Positions 12,588-25,336 of a DNA stretch of 64,000 nt are shown in pieces. Origin of the DNA: Octopus vulgaris (taxonomy: Eukaryota); the NCBI GenBank assembly GCA_951406725.2, contig OX597816.1, positions 8,184,001 through 8,248,000 on the forward strand, written 5' to 3'. The notes beneath the pieces were generated by a model. It saw only the letters and a list, made by a program, of their open reading frames with translations. It was not told where the DNA came from and made no database searches. The position numbers were made by a program, and so were the translations under genes. Position 1 is the first letter of the stretch; each line of letters begins with the position of its first letter.

Positions 12588-13112
12588 TGCTTAAAAGCCG
12601 CCCGACACGGTATATAGCTTTTAAGCAACTGACCCTGAATGGGAAGATCTGCAAACAGATCTCTGACTTATTTTCTAGAATTTGTTGCTTCCTCCAGAGT
12701 CATATCCCAATCATTATCGTATTCGTCGCAAAAAAAAAAAAAAAAATCAGGCCAAAAAAATTGCCCAAAACAATCGCATAATGAAAACATAGGAATCCAA
12801 AATTTCCGGATTGTAGGTCCGGATTCCGCTCGGAATATTATTAATTTACTCATGGAGTTAGCCTTTAGATTATAAAAATTGTTGTCGTTCAAAAAAAATT
12901 TGTTACCCAAACTTCGAATTCATATCAAATGATACAAATGAAATAACACAAACAGGAATACGCATGGACTGCTAAATACTGATTATTTGGAGTGGAACTT
13001 AGGGTTTTAGCTCGTACAATTCACACAGACACACACACACACATACATGATCTATATGTTTTTGTACAATGTATACGACATTGAAATTTTTAATTCTTCA
13101 GAAGCTTCTCAA

Positions 13113-13174
<62 letters not shown>

Positions 13175-13351
13175 ATTTTCATATGCATAAAGGATATACA
13201 CTCGTTTACTCGCATGTACAGCCTTATGTGTAAACCATTACTCAATGTTTAAGGCGAAATTATCCGGAGACACCCGAACTATTGCCGCTCTTCCAATCGT
13301 AAGCAGACGATAATAGCTTTGTAAAGAAGAAATGTTAATTGTTTATTTAGA

Positions 13352-13418
13352 ATGTTTACTGATATTGTCATAAGTCAAGAGTTTATAACTCTTGCCTGAT
13401 GACAACATCAGTAAACAT
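13352..13418. repeat. 67 nt hairpin (32 bp arms, 3 mismatches, 3 nt loop)
   Basis: ATGTTTACTGATATTGTCATAAGTCAAGAGTT-TAT-AACTCTTGCCTGATGACAACATCAGTAAACAT. Confidence 0.85.
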
Positions 13419-13814
13419 ACATTTTGCCAGGAAGCCGCTTAAATCAATATTAAAGGTGAAATTTCTTATATAATTTATTGATAAACATTCACCTCTTCTC
13501 TTTTAAAATTGAACTTAGACAATCAATCCGTCATGAAGGTAAAAAAGACAAATGTCTAAAGAGAAAATTGCTTTTCTTTGTTTAGAGCAGTGTGGGGTAA
13601 TGCAACGTGGGGGGTAACGCACTCAAAGAGGCGCTGGGCATGTTAGATGAGGGGACAGCGAGGTTACATAATTAACGGGCTAAATTTTACTTATAGTAAT
13701 AACTATATTGTACATGATAAAAACTAGTAATGGTTATCAAAATAAAACGCGATCTCATCAGGCAGAAGGAAGTCATTAACTTGCAATGAATAAAGTAAAT
13801 TTACAACTTTAGTC

Positions 13815-14019
13815 TTTACTCTTTTGCTCTTTTTACTCTTTTACTCGTTTCAGTCATTTGACTATGGCCATGCTGGAGCACCACCTTTAGTTGAGCAAAT
13901 CGACCCCAGGACTTATTCTTTGTATGCCTGGTACTTATTCTATCGGTCACTTTTGCCGAACCGCTAAGTTACGGGGACGTAAACACACCAACATCGGTTG
14001 TCAAGCGATGTTGGGGGGA

Positions 14020-14084
<65 letters not shown>

Positions 14085-14255
14085 CACATATACAGCAGGC
14101 TTCTTTCAGTTTCCGTCTATCAAATCCACTCACAAAGCTTTGGTCGGCTCGAGGCTATAGTAGAAGACACTTGCGCAAGTTGCCACGCAGTGAGACTGAA
14201 CCCGGAACCATGTGGTTGGTAAGCAAGCTACTTACCACACAGCCACTCCTGCGCC
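13815..14255 (-). mobile_element. SINE family A, full length
   Basis: Head GGCGCAGGAGTGGCTGTGTGGTAAG...GGTTCAGTCTC through the (AAAAGAGT)n tail; further copies at about 18350-18568(+), 31520-31914(-), 32800-33135(+), 34146-34310(+), 36220-36595(-), 51020-51410(+), 62100-62630(-), 63780-64000(+). Confidence 0.9.
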
Positions 14256-14687
14256 TTTATGAATTTTGTTTATCATTTCATTGTTAAAAGCTTAAACAAT
14301 CCGTTTTTTAGAGTAAAATTTATAAATGATCATCCATTATATGTTAGATTAGTTGTGGTAACTCACTCGCCACTCATGTGGGCGATAGGCATAACAACTA
14401 CTAAAAAGGGGGGGGGGGGACTATAAAAAAGATTAAGAACCATTGGTTTTGAGCTTTACTATTCTTCACCCACACCCACTCTACCCCTAACCACTCCCTA
14501 CAGACACCAACCCTCACAATGCCCAGTCTGACAAAAAATTAAAAAAAGAACTATGGCAAACACACAGGAGCCTCAAAACTACCCACTTCCGCCTTGTAAG
14601 GAAAAATTCATATTCATGTACAATGGACAGACTGAGGAACTGGATAACGAAGTAAATTCGTGGGACGGATTAGTCAAGGTAGATATA

Positions 14688-14917
14688 TATTTCTTTATTA
14701 CCCACAAGGGGCAAAACATAGAGGGATAAACAAGGACAGACAAAGGTATTAAGTCGATTACATCGACCCCAGTGCGTAACTGGTACTTATTTTATCGACC
14801 CCGAAAGGATGAAAGGCAAAATCGACCTCGGCGGAATTTGAACTCAGAACGTAGCGGCAGACGAAATACTGCTTAGCATTTCGCCCGGCGTGTTAACCGT
14901 TCTGCCAGTTCGCCGCC
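14688..14917 (-). mobile_element. SINE family B with about 18 bp TSD
   Basis: Flanked by TTAGTCAAGGTAGATATA / TTAGTCAAGGTATATATA. Confidence 0.9.
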
Positions 14918-15654
14918 TTAGTCAAGGTATATATAGCAGGTGTAAGGGGTCTGCAGGATTATTGTGCGCTGACGGACCTGGAGAACTTGTGGAAGGTGCA
15001 TAGATACATAGAAAACCGTGACTGTGAGTGGTTGTCTAAAAAAAATAGACTCCAGTACAATGCCGAAAAAAATAAGGTACGTGGACATTTAAAAAAAAAT
15101 ATAATATAGACATTTTGGGAAAAGATATTGATTAACTATTGTGTAAAAAATTGTGTTCAAATGATATACCAAATTGGCTGTTCCAAAGGGTAACGTAAAC
15201 GGTGCTGCTACAGGTTCAATGAAGTCGGTCGGAGTGGGGTGGGTTGGGGGGCGAGCGACTTCATTTCATCTTTCATTGTTTAATTTCATTGGGTTTTTTT
15301 TTTGCTCCCACCATGTGCTGTGCCCTCTGTGTAAGGCCTTTATGGCCATAAAATAAAAGAGAGAGCTTTACCATTCTTGATTGAAGACATTATCAAACAC
15401 CGATCTCTCCGCGAAGAAGTGGTCTAAAGTCTAAATCGAAGCTAAAATAGCTTCCCATATAGATAATATTTTGAAAAAAAAATGAATTTAATTTAATAGC
15501 TTGGCTTGATTTGATTTCAAAAGTCAAGGACAGCTGTAATTGTTTGTGTTTGCTCGATAACAATATCAGTAACCGAACAAAGAAAAGGTCGTGCAGTACA
15601 TATGAAAGAACGAGGCATTTTCAGTCTTTCATTCTTTTATCCATTATGTCGGAA

Positions 15655-16392
15655 TATTGGTTTAAAATATTAGCCCAAGGCCAGGAATTAGGAGTAGAGG
15701 TTAAGTTGATTACATCAACCCCCAATGCTCAAAAGGTACTTATTTTATCAATCCCTAAATGAGGAAAGACAAAGTCGACCTCGACGGAATTTGAACTCGG
15801 AACATAAAGACAGACGAAATACTGCTAAGCTTTTTTTGTTCGGCATGGGAACGATTCTGCCAGTTCGCCGCCCTTCCAATGTGAGAATATTGGTTTCAAA
15901 TTCTGGCACAAGGCTAGCAATTCCAGGGGAGTGGATAAATCGAATATATCGACCCCAATGTTCAAGTGATGCTTATTATATCAGCCCCTAAAGGATGGAA
16001 GACAAAGTCGACCTTGACAGAATTTGAACTCGGAATGTAAAGGACGGACAAAATACCTATTTCTATTTCTTTATTACCCACAAAGGGCTAAACACGGAGA
16101 GGACAAACAAGGACAGACAAACGGATTAAGTCGATTATATCGACCTCAGTGCGTAACTGGTACTTATTTAATCGACCCCGAAAAGATGAAAGGCAAAGTC
16201 GACTTTGCCTTTCATCTTTACCGCTCAGTATTTCGCCCGGCGCGCTGACGTTTCTGCCAGCTCGCCGACTTACAATGTAGAAATATTAAGGGGTGATATG
16301 CAAAGTTAACCTTGGCGGCATTCGAACTCTGTGCGTAAAGTCGGAAGAACTGCATTTTTACCAGAGTGGAAACGATTCCGTCAGCTCGCTGC
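15655..16392 (-). mobile_element. Cluster of diverged SINE family B copies
   Basis: At least 4 repeats of the AAAGTCGACC...GAATTTGAACTC block. Confidence 0.8.
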
Positions 16393-16682
16393 CTTGAAAC
16401 AATTTATAGTAATAGCGACTGATATCAGAAAAAATTTGTATGCGAAGATTCTATTTCGTGTTGCAAATAGCAACGCACGAATTTTGTAATTGTACATAAA
16501 TAATTGGTAGGACTTTGGTATTGGAGACAGGCGTAAACATAATTTAGATGTTAGTTGTGGTCTGAATACAAACAGTAAACAATAGAAGAAATCGTTACTT
16601 ATATTAATACAGAGCCAGGAATAGGTGGGTGGGGAGATAAAGTACGAAATTTGTTTCTGCTGGATACAATGACACGAAAAAA

Positions 16683-17270
16683 GGCGACGAGCTGGCAGAA
16701 TCGTTAGCACGCCGGGCGAAATGCGTAGCCGTATTTCGTCTGCCGTTACGTTCTGAGTTCAAATTCCGCCGAGGTCGACTTCACCTTTCATCCTTTCGGG
16801 GTCGATAAATGAAGTACCAGTTACGCACTGGGGTCGATGTAATCGACTTAATACCATGTTTGTCCCCTCTATGTTTAGCCCCTTGTGGGTAGTAAAAGAA
16901 ATAGGTATTTAGTCTGCCGTTACGTTCTGAGTTCAAATTCCGCAGAGGTCGACTTTGCCTTTCTTCCGTTCGGGGTCGATAAATGAAGGACCAGTTACAC
17001 ACTGGTGTCAATGTAATCGAATTAATCCTTTTGTCTGTCCTTGTTTGTCCACTCTATGTTTAGCTCCCTGTGGGTAGTAAAGAAATAGGTATTTCGTCTG
17101 TCTTTACGTTCTGAGTTCAAATTCCGCCGAGGTCGACTTTGCCTTTCATCCTTTCGGAGCTGATAAATTAAGTACCAGTTACGCACTGGGGTCGATGTAA
17201 TCGACTTAATACTTATGTCTGTCCATGTTTGTCCCTTCTATGTTTAGCCCCTTGTGGGTAATAAAGAAAT
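16683..17270 (+). mobile_element. SINE family B trimer (one head, three tandem body and tail units of about 175 bp)
   Basis: GTTCTGAGTTCAAATTCCGC recurs at about 16750, 16925 and 17108; the whole array is flanked by one degenerate TSD (ATAYAATGACAYGRAAAA). Confidence 0.85.
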
Positions 17271-17742
17271 ATATAATGACATGGAAAAATTAAAACTGGG
17301 TCTGCATCTACTACATCCTGCTGCTCAACTATAGGAATTATAGAAATCATATAACCGGAATCATTTAACAAATATGAAATTAAGTGACTGTCATGCTCGT
17401 CTCGACGATTATATACGACGTCAGCGAAGTGATTTGTCATCAACTACGAATCGGAAATAGTTCGTCTAGTCTCATCGCCTGCAGTCATGTCTTAAACATC
17501 CCACTCATTGAAATAACAACAACGGCGAGTAAGTGACGCTCAGAATATGACTAAACGAAACAACAACGTCTTTCATTGCAATGAGAAGATTTCATTTTTT
17601 TTCACTAACAAGAATAGAAACGAAATGATTCGTTTCGAAATTATAAAAAAAAATCTTCTACGCAGAATCATGTCCATGTGTGTGTGTGTTGGGGTGTGTG
17701 GGTGTGTGGTGTGTGTGTGTGTGTGTGTGTGTGCGTGCGTGC

Positions 17743-17777
<35 letters not shown>

Positions 17778-17794
17778 AGTGTGTGTGTGTGTGC

Positions 17795-17851
<57 letters not shown>

Positions 17852-17853
17852 TG

Positions 17854-18236
17854 TGTGGAGGCGCAATAGACCAGTTGTTAGGGCAGCGGACTCGCGGTCG
17901 TAGGATCGCAGTTTCGATTCCCAGACCGGGCGTTGAGAGTGTTTCTTAAGCGAAAACATCTAAAGCTCCATGAGGCTCCGGCAGGGGGAGGGTGGTGAAC
18001 CCTGCCATACGCTTTCACCACAACTTTCTCTCACACTGTCTTCCTGTTTCTGTTGTACCTGTATTTGAAAGGGGCCAGCCTTGTCACACTCTGTGTCATG
18101 CTGAATCTCCCTGAGAAGTATGTGAAGGGTACACATGTCTGTGGAGTGCTCAGCCACTTCAACGTTAATTTCACGAGTGGGCTGTTCTGTTGATCGGATC
18201 AACTGGAACCCACGTCGTCGTAACCGACGGAGTACC
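17854..18236 (+). mobile_element. tRNA-derived SINE family C
   Basis: Head GGAGGCGCAAT...GTTAGGGCAGCGGACTCGCGGTCGTAGGATCGCAGTTTCGATTCC; tail GTCGTCGTAACCGACGGAGT; copies at about 43663-43972(+), 44117-44408(-), 58099-58483(-), fragment 7620-7690(-). Confidence 0.85.
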
Positions 18237-18568
18237 ACCACGATATATATATGTGTGTGTGTGTGTATATATGTATATATATGTGTGTGTGTATGTGTGT
18301 GTGTATATATATATATATGTGTATGTGTATGTGTGTGTGTGTGTGTGTATGTTTGTGTGTCTGTTTGTTCCCCTAACATCGCTTGACAACCGATGCTGGT
18401 GTGTTTACGTCTCCGTTAATTAGTGGTTCGGCAAAAGAGACCGATAGAATAAGTACTAGGTTTACAAAGAATAAGTCCTGGAGTCGATTTACTCGACTAA
18501 AGGCGGTGCTCCAGCATGGCCACAGTCAAATGACTGAAACAAGTAAAAGAATAAAAGAGAGTAAAGAG

Positions 18569-18614
<46 letters not shown>

Positions 18615-18720
18615 TGTATGTATGTATGTATGTATAGTACTTATTCTATCGGTCTCTTTTGCCGAACAAGCAAAAAAAACGGAGACGTAAACATACCAGC
18701 ATCGGTTGGGGGGGGGGGGC

Positions 18721-18786
<66 letters not shown>

Positions 18787-19161
18787 CACACACGCACACA
18801 TATATTTGTGTAAGCCGCAATCATATTTTCCAGGCTTGCAAAACTAATACGTAGCGGTGGCTGTGTTAAATTCTGTAGCTTTGAATGCTCCATAAGCAGT
18901 CTTTCAGTTCTCATGTAAGATCGTTGTCTGTTTATAGACGAACGATTGACGTCAATGGATTTCATCTCCATTTCGGCTGTAGTCAAACGTCTTTATTTAG
19001 ATTACTTTCTTTTCCCCGTGCGTTCCGTTTTCTCTTAGATTTATACAAAACGGAATCTAGTGAATTATGACATATTACGTATGTGTGAGTGTGCGTATAT
19101 GTGTGGGTGTACACGCACACACAAACACACACACACACTCGTATAATTGTGCGTGTGTTTA

Positions 19162-19429
19162 TATATATATTTACACATACAGTTTATCTTATATATATAC
19201 ACAGCTTATCTAACCGACGCCTGTCGTTAGTTCTCTGTAGCTTAATAGAACATGATCCGTTGATCCGTTCTGCTTAAGCATCCAAATGCAGTTGTAACAC
19301 CATTTGCAAGGTTCCAAGGAAACAGAATGGTGGAACGTACATAGCAAACTAATTATATAAACTCGTGTTTATCGAAATTTCTCGTGTGTGTGTGTGGTGT
19401 ATATGTAGGCGTGTATTTGCACACACACG

Positions 19430-19462
<33 letters not shown>

Positions 19463-19698
19463 TTCTTTACTACCCACAAGGGGCTAAACACAGAGGGGAC
19501 AAACAAGGACAGACAAACGGATTAAGTCGATTCTATCGACCCCAGTGCGTAACTGGTACTTAATTTATCGACCCCGAAAGGATGAAAGGCAAAGTCGACC
19601 TCGGCGGAATTTCAACTCAGAACGTAACGGCAGACGAAATACAGCTACGCATTTCGCCCGGCGTGCCAACGTTTCTGCCAGTTCACCGCCTTACATAC

Positions 19699-19735
<37 letters not shown>

Positions 19736-20358
19736 TAGTTAATCCAAACATGAAAACACAAAGAGCAAACATAACAACGCGGGGACGTGGAACAAGTACA
19801 GAGTTATTGGACGCTCAGGAAAGGAAAGAAAGAAGGAGGATTTAACGTTTCGAGCGGAGCTCTTCGTCAGAAACATAGGAAAAGGAAAGGTCCAAGGAAG
19901 GGAAGACGGAGGAAAAAAAAGAAAATCGTCAACAATACACACGCGGTCACATATTGAAATGGTCACATATTGAAATATGTGAGGTTGGAAAGAAGACACT
20001 TCCCGCACACCCATGCTTGTGTCTTTATATATGCGACATGACTTTCTTTCTAAAATAATGTGTGTGTGAGAGTGTGTGTGCGTGCGTGCGCGTGCGTGTG
20101 TATGTGTGTGTAAGAGCGCGCGCGTATGTGTGCGTTTATACATATATGTATGTACACACATACATACACACATACGTACGTACATACATACATACATACA
20201 TATATGTATAAACGCACACACACGCACACACACACACACACGCATACTATTTTGGAAAGAAAGTCATGTCGCATATATAAAGACACAAGCGTGGGTGTGC
20301 GGGAAGTGTCTTCTTTCCAACCACACGGTTCCGGGTTCAGAAACCCGTCGTGTGTATA

Positions 20359-20399
<41 letters not shown>

Positions 20400-20683
20400 G
20401 TATGTGTATGTGTGTGCGTGTGTGTAAGTACGCGCCTACATATACACCACAGACACACACGAGAAATTTCGATAAACACGAGTTTATATAATTAGTTTGC
20501 TATGTACGTTCCACCATTCTGTTTCCTTGGAACCTTGCAAATGGTGTTACAACCGCATTTGGATGCTTAAGCAGAACGGATCAACGGATCATGTTCTATT
20601 AAGCTACAGAGAACTAACGACAAGCGTTGGTTAGATATGCTGTGTATATATATATAAGATAAACTGTATGTGTAAATATATAT
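19162..20683. repeat. Nested inverted duplications: about 268 bp (19162-19429 / 20416-20683) and about 75 bp (19983-20057 / 20248-20322)
   Basis: Reverse-complement matches with few mismatches; a SINE B (19460-19692, -) and an HHR element (19738-19978, -) lie between the outer arms. Confidence 0.9.
19840..19874 (-). ncRNA. Minimal type I hammerhead ribozyme motif (PLE type)
   Basis: GTTT-CTGACGA-A-GAGC TCC GCTC-GAAAC-GTT-AAAT; palindromic ACGT in place of stem III; host repeat 19738-19935 recurs at 24481-24662. Confidence 0.8.
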
Positions 20684-20978
20684 CTTTATATATAAAAGTG
20701 AAGTTGTGTGTCTGTCTCCTACGATTTAGATTCCTAACTACTCCCACATTTTGCGGTGCAGTTTAACCAAAACCGGGTATCTTATAGTCGTGATTCATAT
20801 CGAGCCCTTCTGGGTATTAGCGCGCGTCTACGATGAGTCTACGATTTAAAAAAAAAATTACCATCATTTTTTTCCATTTTTAATGCATTTTTTTGCTATT
20901 TTTTGGCTATAACTCTCTAAAAATGCTTATATAGCTATTTCCCTTACAAACCCGAGCAACGCCGGGCGATACTGCTAG
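20683..20978 (+). mobile_element. Non-autonomous Helitron, family 2
   Basis: A|TC start, same 3' end as family 1 (ACAAACCCGAGCAACGCCGGGCGATACTGCTAG|T), different interior. Confidence 0.85.
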
Positions 20979-21739
20979 TATATATATATATATATATAGT
21001 CAATTCAGTACTGGAAATAGACAACTTCATGGCGGTTGTTTCGCTGCATCAGAACAACCGTTGCAGCGTCAGATCCTGTGATGTAGCATTTCTAGATTGC
21101 CTATACAAATAGGAAATTTCTTGTACGTTCAATATAAGCAATAAACAACTCTGTACGTTTTCCCACTAAGGAAAAATCACATGTCCATGTTTATAAAGGT
21201 CACGCTGCTAGAAACACGACCGTGTTGTGAAATATAGATTCTCTATATTTCACTATGTAGCCCGATTGTATTTTCAAATGTCTACATGTTACATGCATCT
21301 ATTATAATTGCTAAGAGTATTGCTTTAAAATTACTAGTCATTTTTCTTAGAAGACGTAGTTTCCTTATACTTGTGAGATATTTATGCCTCTTATTCCTAC
21401 GACACCTCATTTCTGAAAGCAGGTTTTTCACTCGCATTTTATATACGACCTCTTTTAACTCAAGAAACTCTATAAACCCTATTATAAAGTAAACTGAGTG
21501 TATTTGTGTTCTCGGTGCTCGGCTGTTTCCGTACATCATCGTTCGAAACTGTATACAAGCAGAAAGCTTCTCACATAACTGTCTCTGTCGTCCCGTAGAT
21601 GAAGTATTATATGTCAGCGTAGATTTATGAACATCTGAATATTAAAAACGCGTTCCTGACAGAAACTACTCAATATTTTATGGAGTTATCTCAGTATGAA
21701 TCCTAATTATTTTTACATTTTGTTGCATTCATATATCGT

Positions 21740-21767
21740 TGTACATTTTTATACACACACACACATA

Positions 21768-21849
<82 letters not shown>

Positions 21850-21851
21850 CC

Positions 21852-21909
<58 letters not shown>

Positions 21910-22270
21910 ACACACACATATATGTGTGTGTGTGTGTGTATGCGTGTATGCATATAAACATATATATGTGTGTGCGTACGTATCTGTATGTATGTATGTA
22001 TGTATGTATGTGTGTGTGTGTATGTATGTATGTATGTATGTATGTATGTATGTATGTGTGTATGTATGTATGTATGTATGTATGTATGTATGTATGTATG
22101 TATGTATGTATGTATGTATGAGTGTATGTATGTATGTATGTGTGTATGTATGTATGTGTGTGTGTATGTATGTGTGTATGTATGTGTGTATGTATGTATG
22201 TATGTATGTATGTATGTATGTATGTATGTATGTATGCATGTATGTGTGTGTAGATATGTATGTATGTGTG
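21740..22270. repeat. Compound microsatellite (TATC)n (TC)n (TA)n (TATG)n
   Basis: Direct reading. Confidence 0.95.
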
Positions 22271-22517
22271 GGAGGTGTACACACATATACAGGAGTTGCG
22301 TGAGCCAAGTGTGTGTTCGGCTGATAATGATAAGGTTCAATCCCAGGACCAGGTGATGTATTATCTCCTTGAGCAAGTACTTCATCTCACGTAGCTCTAA
22401 TCTCATAAGCTGTAATGTCTCCTCCACCCCCACCCCCCGCCTCTCACATCCTAGGTGTATTTCTCTGGATCAAAGATAAGAAGACGAGCGATACCTGTTC
22501 ATGACTACAATGACACT

Positions 22518-22629
<112 letters not shown>

Positions 22630-22764
22630 ATATATATATATAATTTTTAAAAATAATTTTTTATATATATTTAAAATAATATAAATTAATTAATCTTATG
22701 TATTGGCTTAAGTTTTTCATTGTATGACTTGCCTAATAGTGGTTTTATCTCTAATTTAATATAG

Positions 22765-23745
22765 TATATATGCAGATGATTCCAAGCTACAGAAGGTCAT
22801 AAATGAGGCGAGTGATCGGACATGCCTTCAGTCAGATCTACTGGCTGTTATCCAATGGGCAGAAAAAAACAATATGCTGCTGAACGAGGATAAATTTGAG
22901 TTAATCCACTTTGGAAAAGAGGATGCCCTGAAACTCCCATACTCCCTTCCTTCAGGTGAAACTCTCGCGGCGTCCAACAACATCAGAGACTTGGGAGTAA
23001 TTGTGGACAACAACATAAGCTGAGCCACTCATATAAACACCAAAGTTGACATGGCCCGCAGAATGTGTTCCTGGATTCTCAGAACTTTCCAGTCGAGAGA
23101 TATCCACACCATTATCCTTCTCTTCTCCACTTTTGCCCGACCCCACCTTGAATACTGTTGTCCACTGTGGTCTCCCCACACAATAAAAGGTATCATAAAA
23201 GTTGAAGCACCTCAAAGGGTAATCACAAAAAAGATAGATGGCATGACAGGCCTCGACTATTGGGGTCGACTAGAAAAGCTAAAACTTTATTCTCTCCAAC
23301 GTCGTCGTGAGCGCTACATCATCTGCATGATGTGGAAAATATTCCATCAGCATTGCCCAAATGATGTTGGCATCACCTTTAAGGTACATCCAAGGCTTGG
23401 GCCCCGTGCCATCTGCCCAAAACAAAAATCGCGCTCTCATCTCATAACAATACGGCACAATTATTTCACCTCAATTGGCCCCGCTCGCTTTAACATTACA
23501 CCAAAACACATTAAAACAGAAACTGACCCTATAGGGTTCAAGAAGTCTCTGGACAGATTCCTTCAAGAAATCCCGGATAAACCCCCTACACCCGGATATG
23601 TCTCTGTAAACAATAACTCTCTACTTGAGTGGGCCATAGTGCCCAAATTCTGACTTGAAAGACTTCACCAGGTGGTGCTATTAAGTTAGACATGGCCTGG
23701 GCCAATAATGGCCGAAACCTATCAAAGTATCAAAGTATCAAAGTA
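22765..23745 (+). mobile_element. CR1-group LINE, 5'-truncated (RT C-half, thumb, 3' UTR, (TATCAAAG)3 tail)
   Basis: YADDSKL at about 22769, NEDKFELIHFG, RDLGVIVD, RPHLEYCCPLWSP, LKLYSLQRRRERY; one in-frame stop at about 23021; 8-mer tandem tail. Confidence 0.85.
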
Positions 23746-24142
23746 TATATATAAGGTAAAGACCCCCTTCGGTCATGAATGACCATGGGATTGCACCTAG
23801 AAAGTTACCCTCCTAGACACAAGTCCGGGCAAGGTTGTTTATGGAAGACCAGCAGTCGCCCATGCATACCAGCCTCCCTTCTCCACGCCACCAGTGTTAT
23901 CCAAGGGAAAGACAAAGGTCGATACAGCTTGGCACCAGTGACGTCGCAACTCATTTCTACAGCTGAGTGAACTGGAGCAACGTGAAATAAAGTGCCTTGC
24001 TCAAGAACACAACACGCAGCCCGGTCCGGGATTCGAGCTCCGTGTTGTGTTCTTGAGTATATATATATATTTATATATATGTGTTGTGTGTGTGCATATA
24101 TACATACGTATATGTACATACATCTATACGTGTATATATATA

Positions 24143-24453
24143 TGTGGGGTGGGGCACAGGACGTCATGAAACGTGTACAACAATAAAGTACGAAGCCTGA
24201 GTACATGGAACATGAACTATACGCTTTCGACAAAACAGTTTCTCCCGCAAAGCAAATTAAATAAAATTTGGGATTTTGAGGAGGGTCAAAATAGGTAACA
24301 CAAACAGGACAGTGAAAGCAAACAGGAAGGACTGCTATTTAATTTGCTCTGCGGGAGCAACTGTCTTATCGAAAGTGTATAGTTCATGTCCCACGTACTC
24401 ATGCTTCGTACTTGTTTGCTGTACACGTTTCATGATGCCCTGTGTCCACATAT
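24143..24453. repeat. Diverged inverted repeat, about 120 bp arms (24143-24263 / 24336-24453)
   Basis: CATGAACTATACGCTTTCGA / TCGAAAGTGTATAGTTCATG and similar matches; visibly more diverged than other IRs. Confidence 0.8.
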
Positions 24454-24573
24454 ACATATACATATATATACGTATATAAAGTTAATCCAAACATGAAAAC
24501 ACAAAGAGAAAACACAGCAACGCGAGGACGTGGAACAAGTATAGTGTTATTGGACGCTCAGGAAAGAAGGAGG

Positions 24574-24608
24574 GTTTAACGTTTCGAGCGGAGCTTTTCG
24601 TCAGAAAC
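24574..24608 (-). ncRNA. Minimal type I hammerhead ribozyme motif (second copy of the 19840 family)
   Basis: GTTT-CTGACGA-A-AAGC TCC GCTC-GAAAC-GTT-AAAC; one stem II mismatch. Confidence 0.75.
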
Positions 24609-24679
24609 ATAGGAAAAGGAAATATCCAAAGAAAGGAAGACGTAGGGAAAAAAATCGCCAACGGATACATATGTATATA

Positions 24680-24730
<51 letters not shown>

Positions 24731-24747
24731 TATATAATATGTGTGTA

Positions 24748-24781
<34 letters not shown>

Positions 24782-24868
24782 ATATACTAGGTATATATAT
24801 AATATGTATGTATATATATATATATATACATACACACACACACACACAGATAGATATACAGACAAGTT

Positions 24869-24964
<96 letters not shown>

Positions 24965-25285
24965 TAACCGAGTGGACAAACAAAAGGAAAAGGTATTCAA
25001 TACATTTAGTAAGAGTTCCATATATTATTATTATTTAAAACAGCTTGATTCATCTTCATGTGATGAATCAAACTGCTGTGGGCCTCTAACAAAAATCCAT
25101 TTCTTTCAGGCCACCGGTAAATAGGCCATGACTAATATCAGCCTATAGTTTGGTAGCCATCTTGAACTTCCTGTATTTCTCTATTCGGTAATCTAAGCCT
25201 GTAAGAGACGGGTTTCTGTTAGAGGATTGCGAAAGTTTTAAATTGCTTTGAGCCGAACTAAACTGTTTTTTAATAATATCTATAC

Positions 25286-25336
<51 letters not shown>

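Noticed and set aside
13396-13402. CTGATGA core inside the 13352 hairpin
   Set aside because: No downstream GAAA or stem II/III
16683-17270. CRISPR-like repeat array
   Set aside because: Units are whole SINE bodies with no unique spacers; eukaryotic context and no cas genes
17854-17935. tRNA gene
   Set aside because: The tRNA-like head continues into a multi-copy SINE body; the same holds for all other A/B-box hits in the window
21282-21539. 85 aa basic ORF as a host exon
   Set aside because: No recognisable motif or splice context; lies among decayed HHR-like repeat sequence
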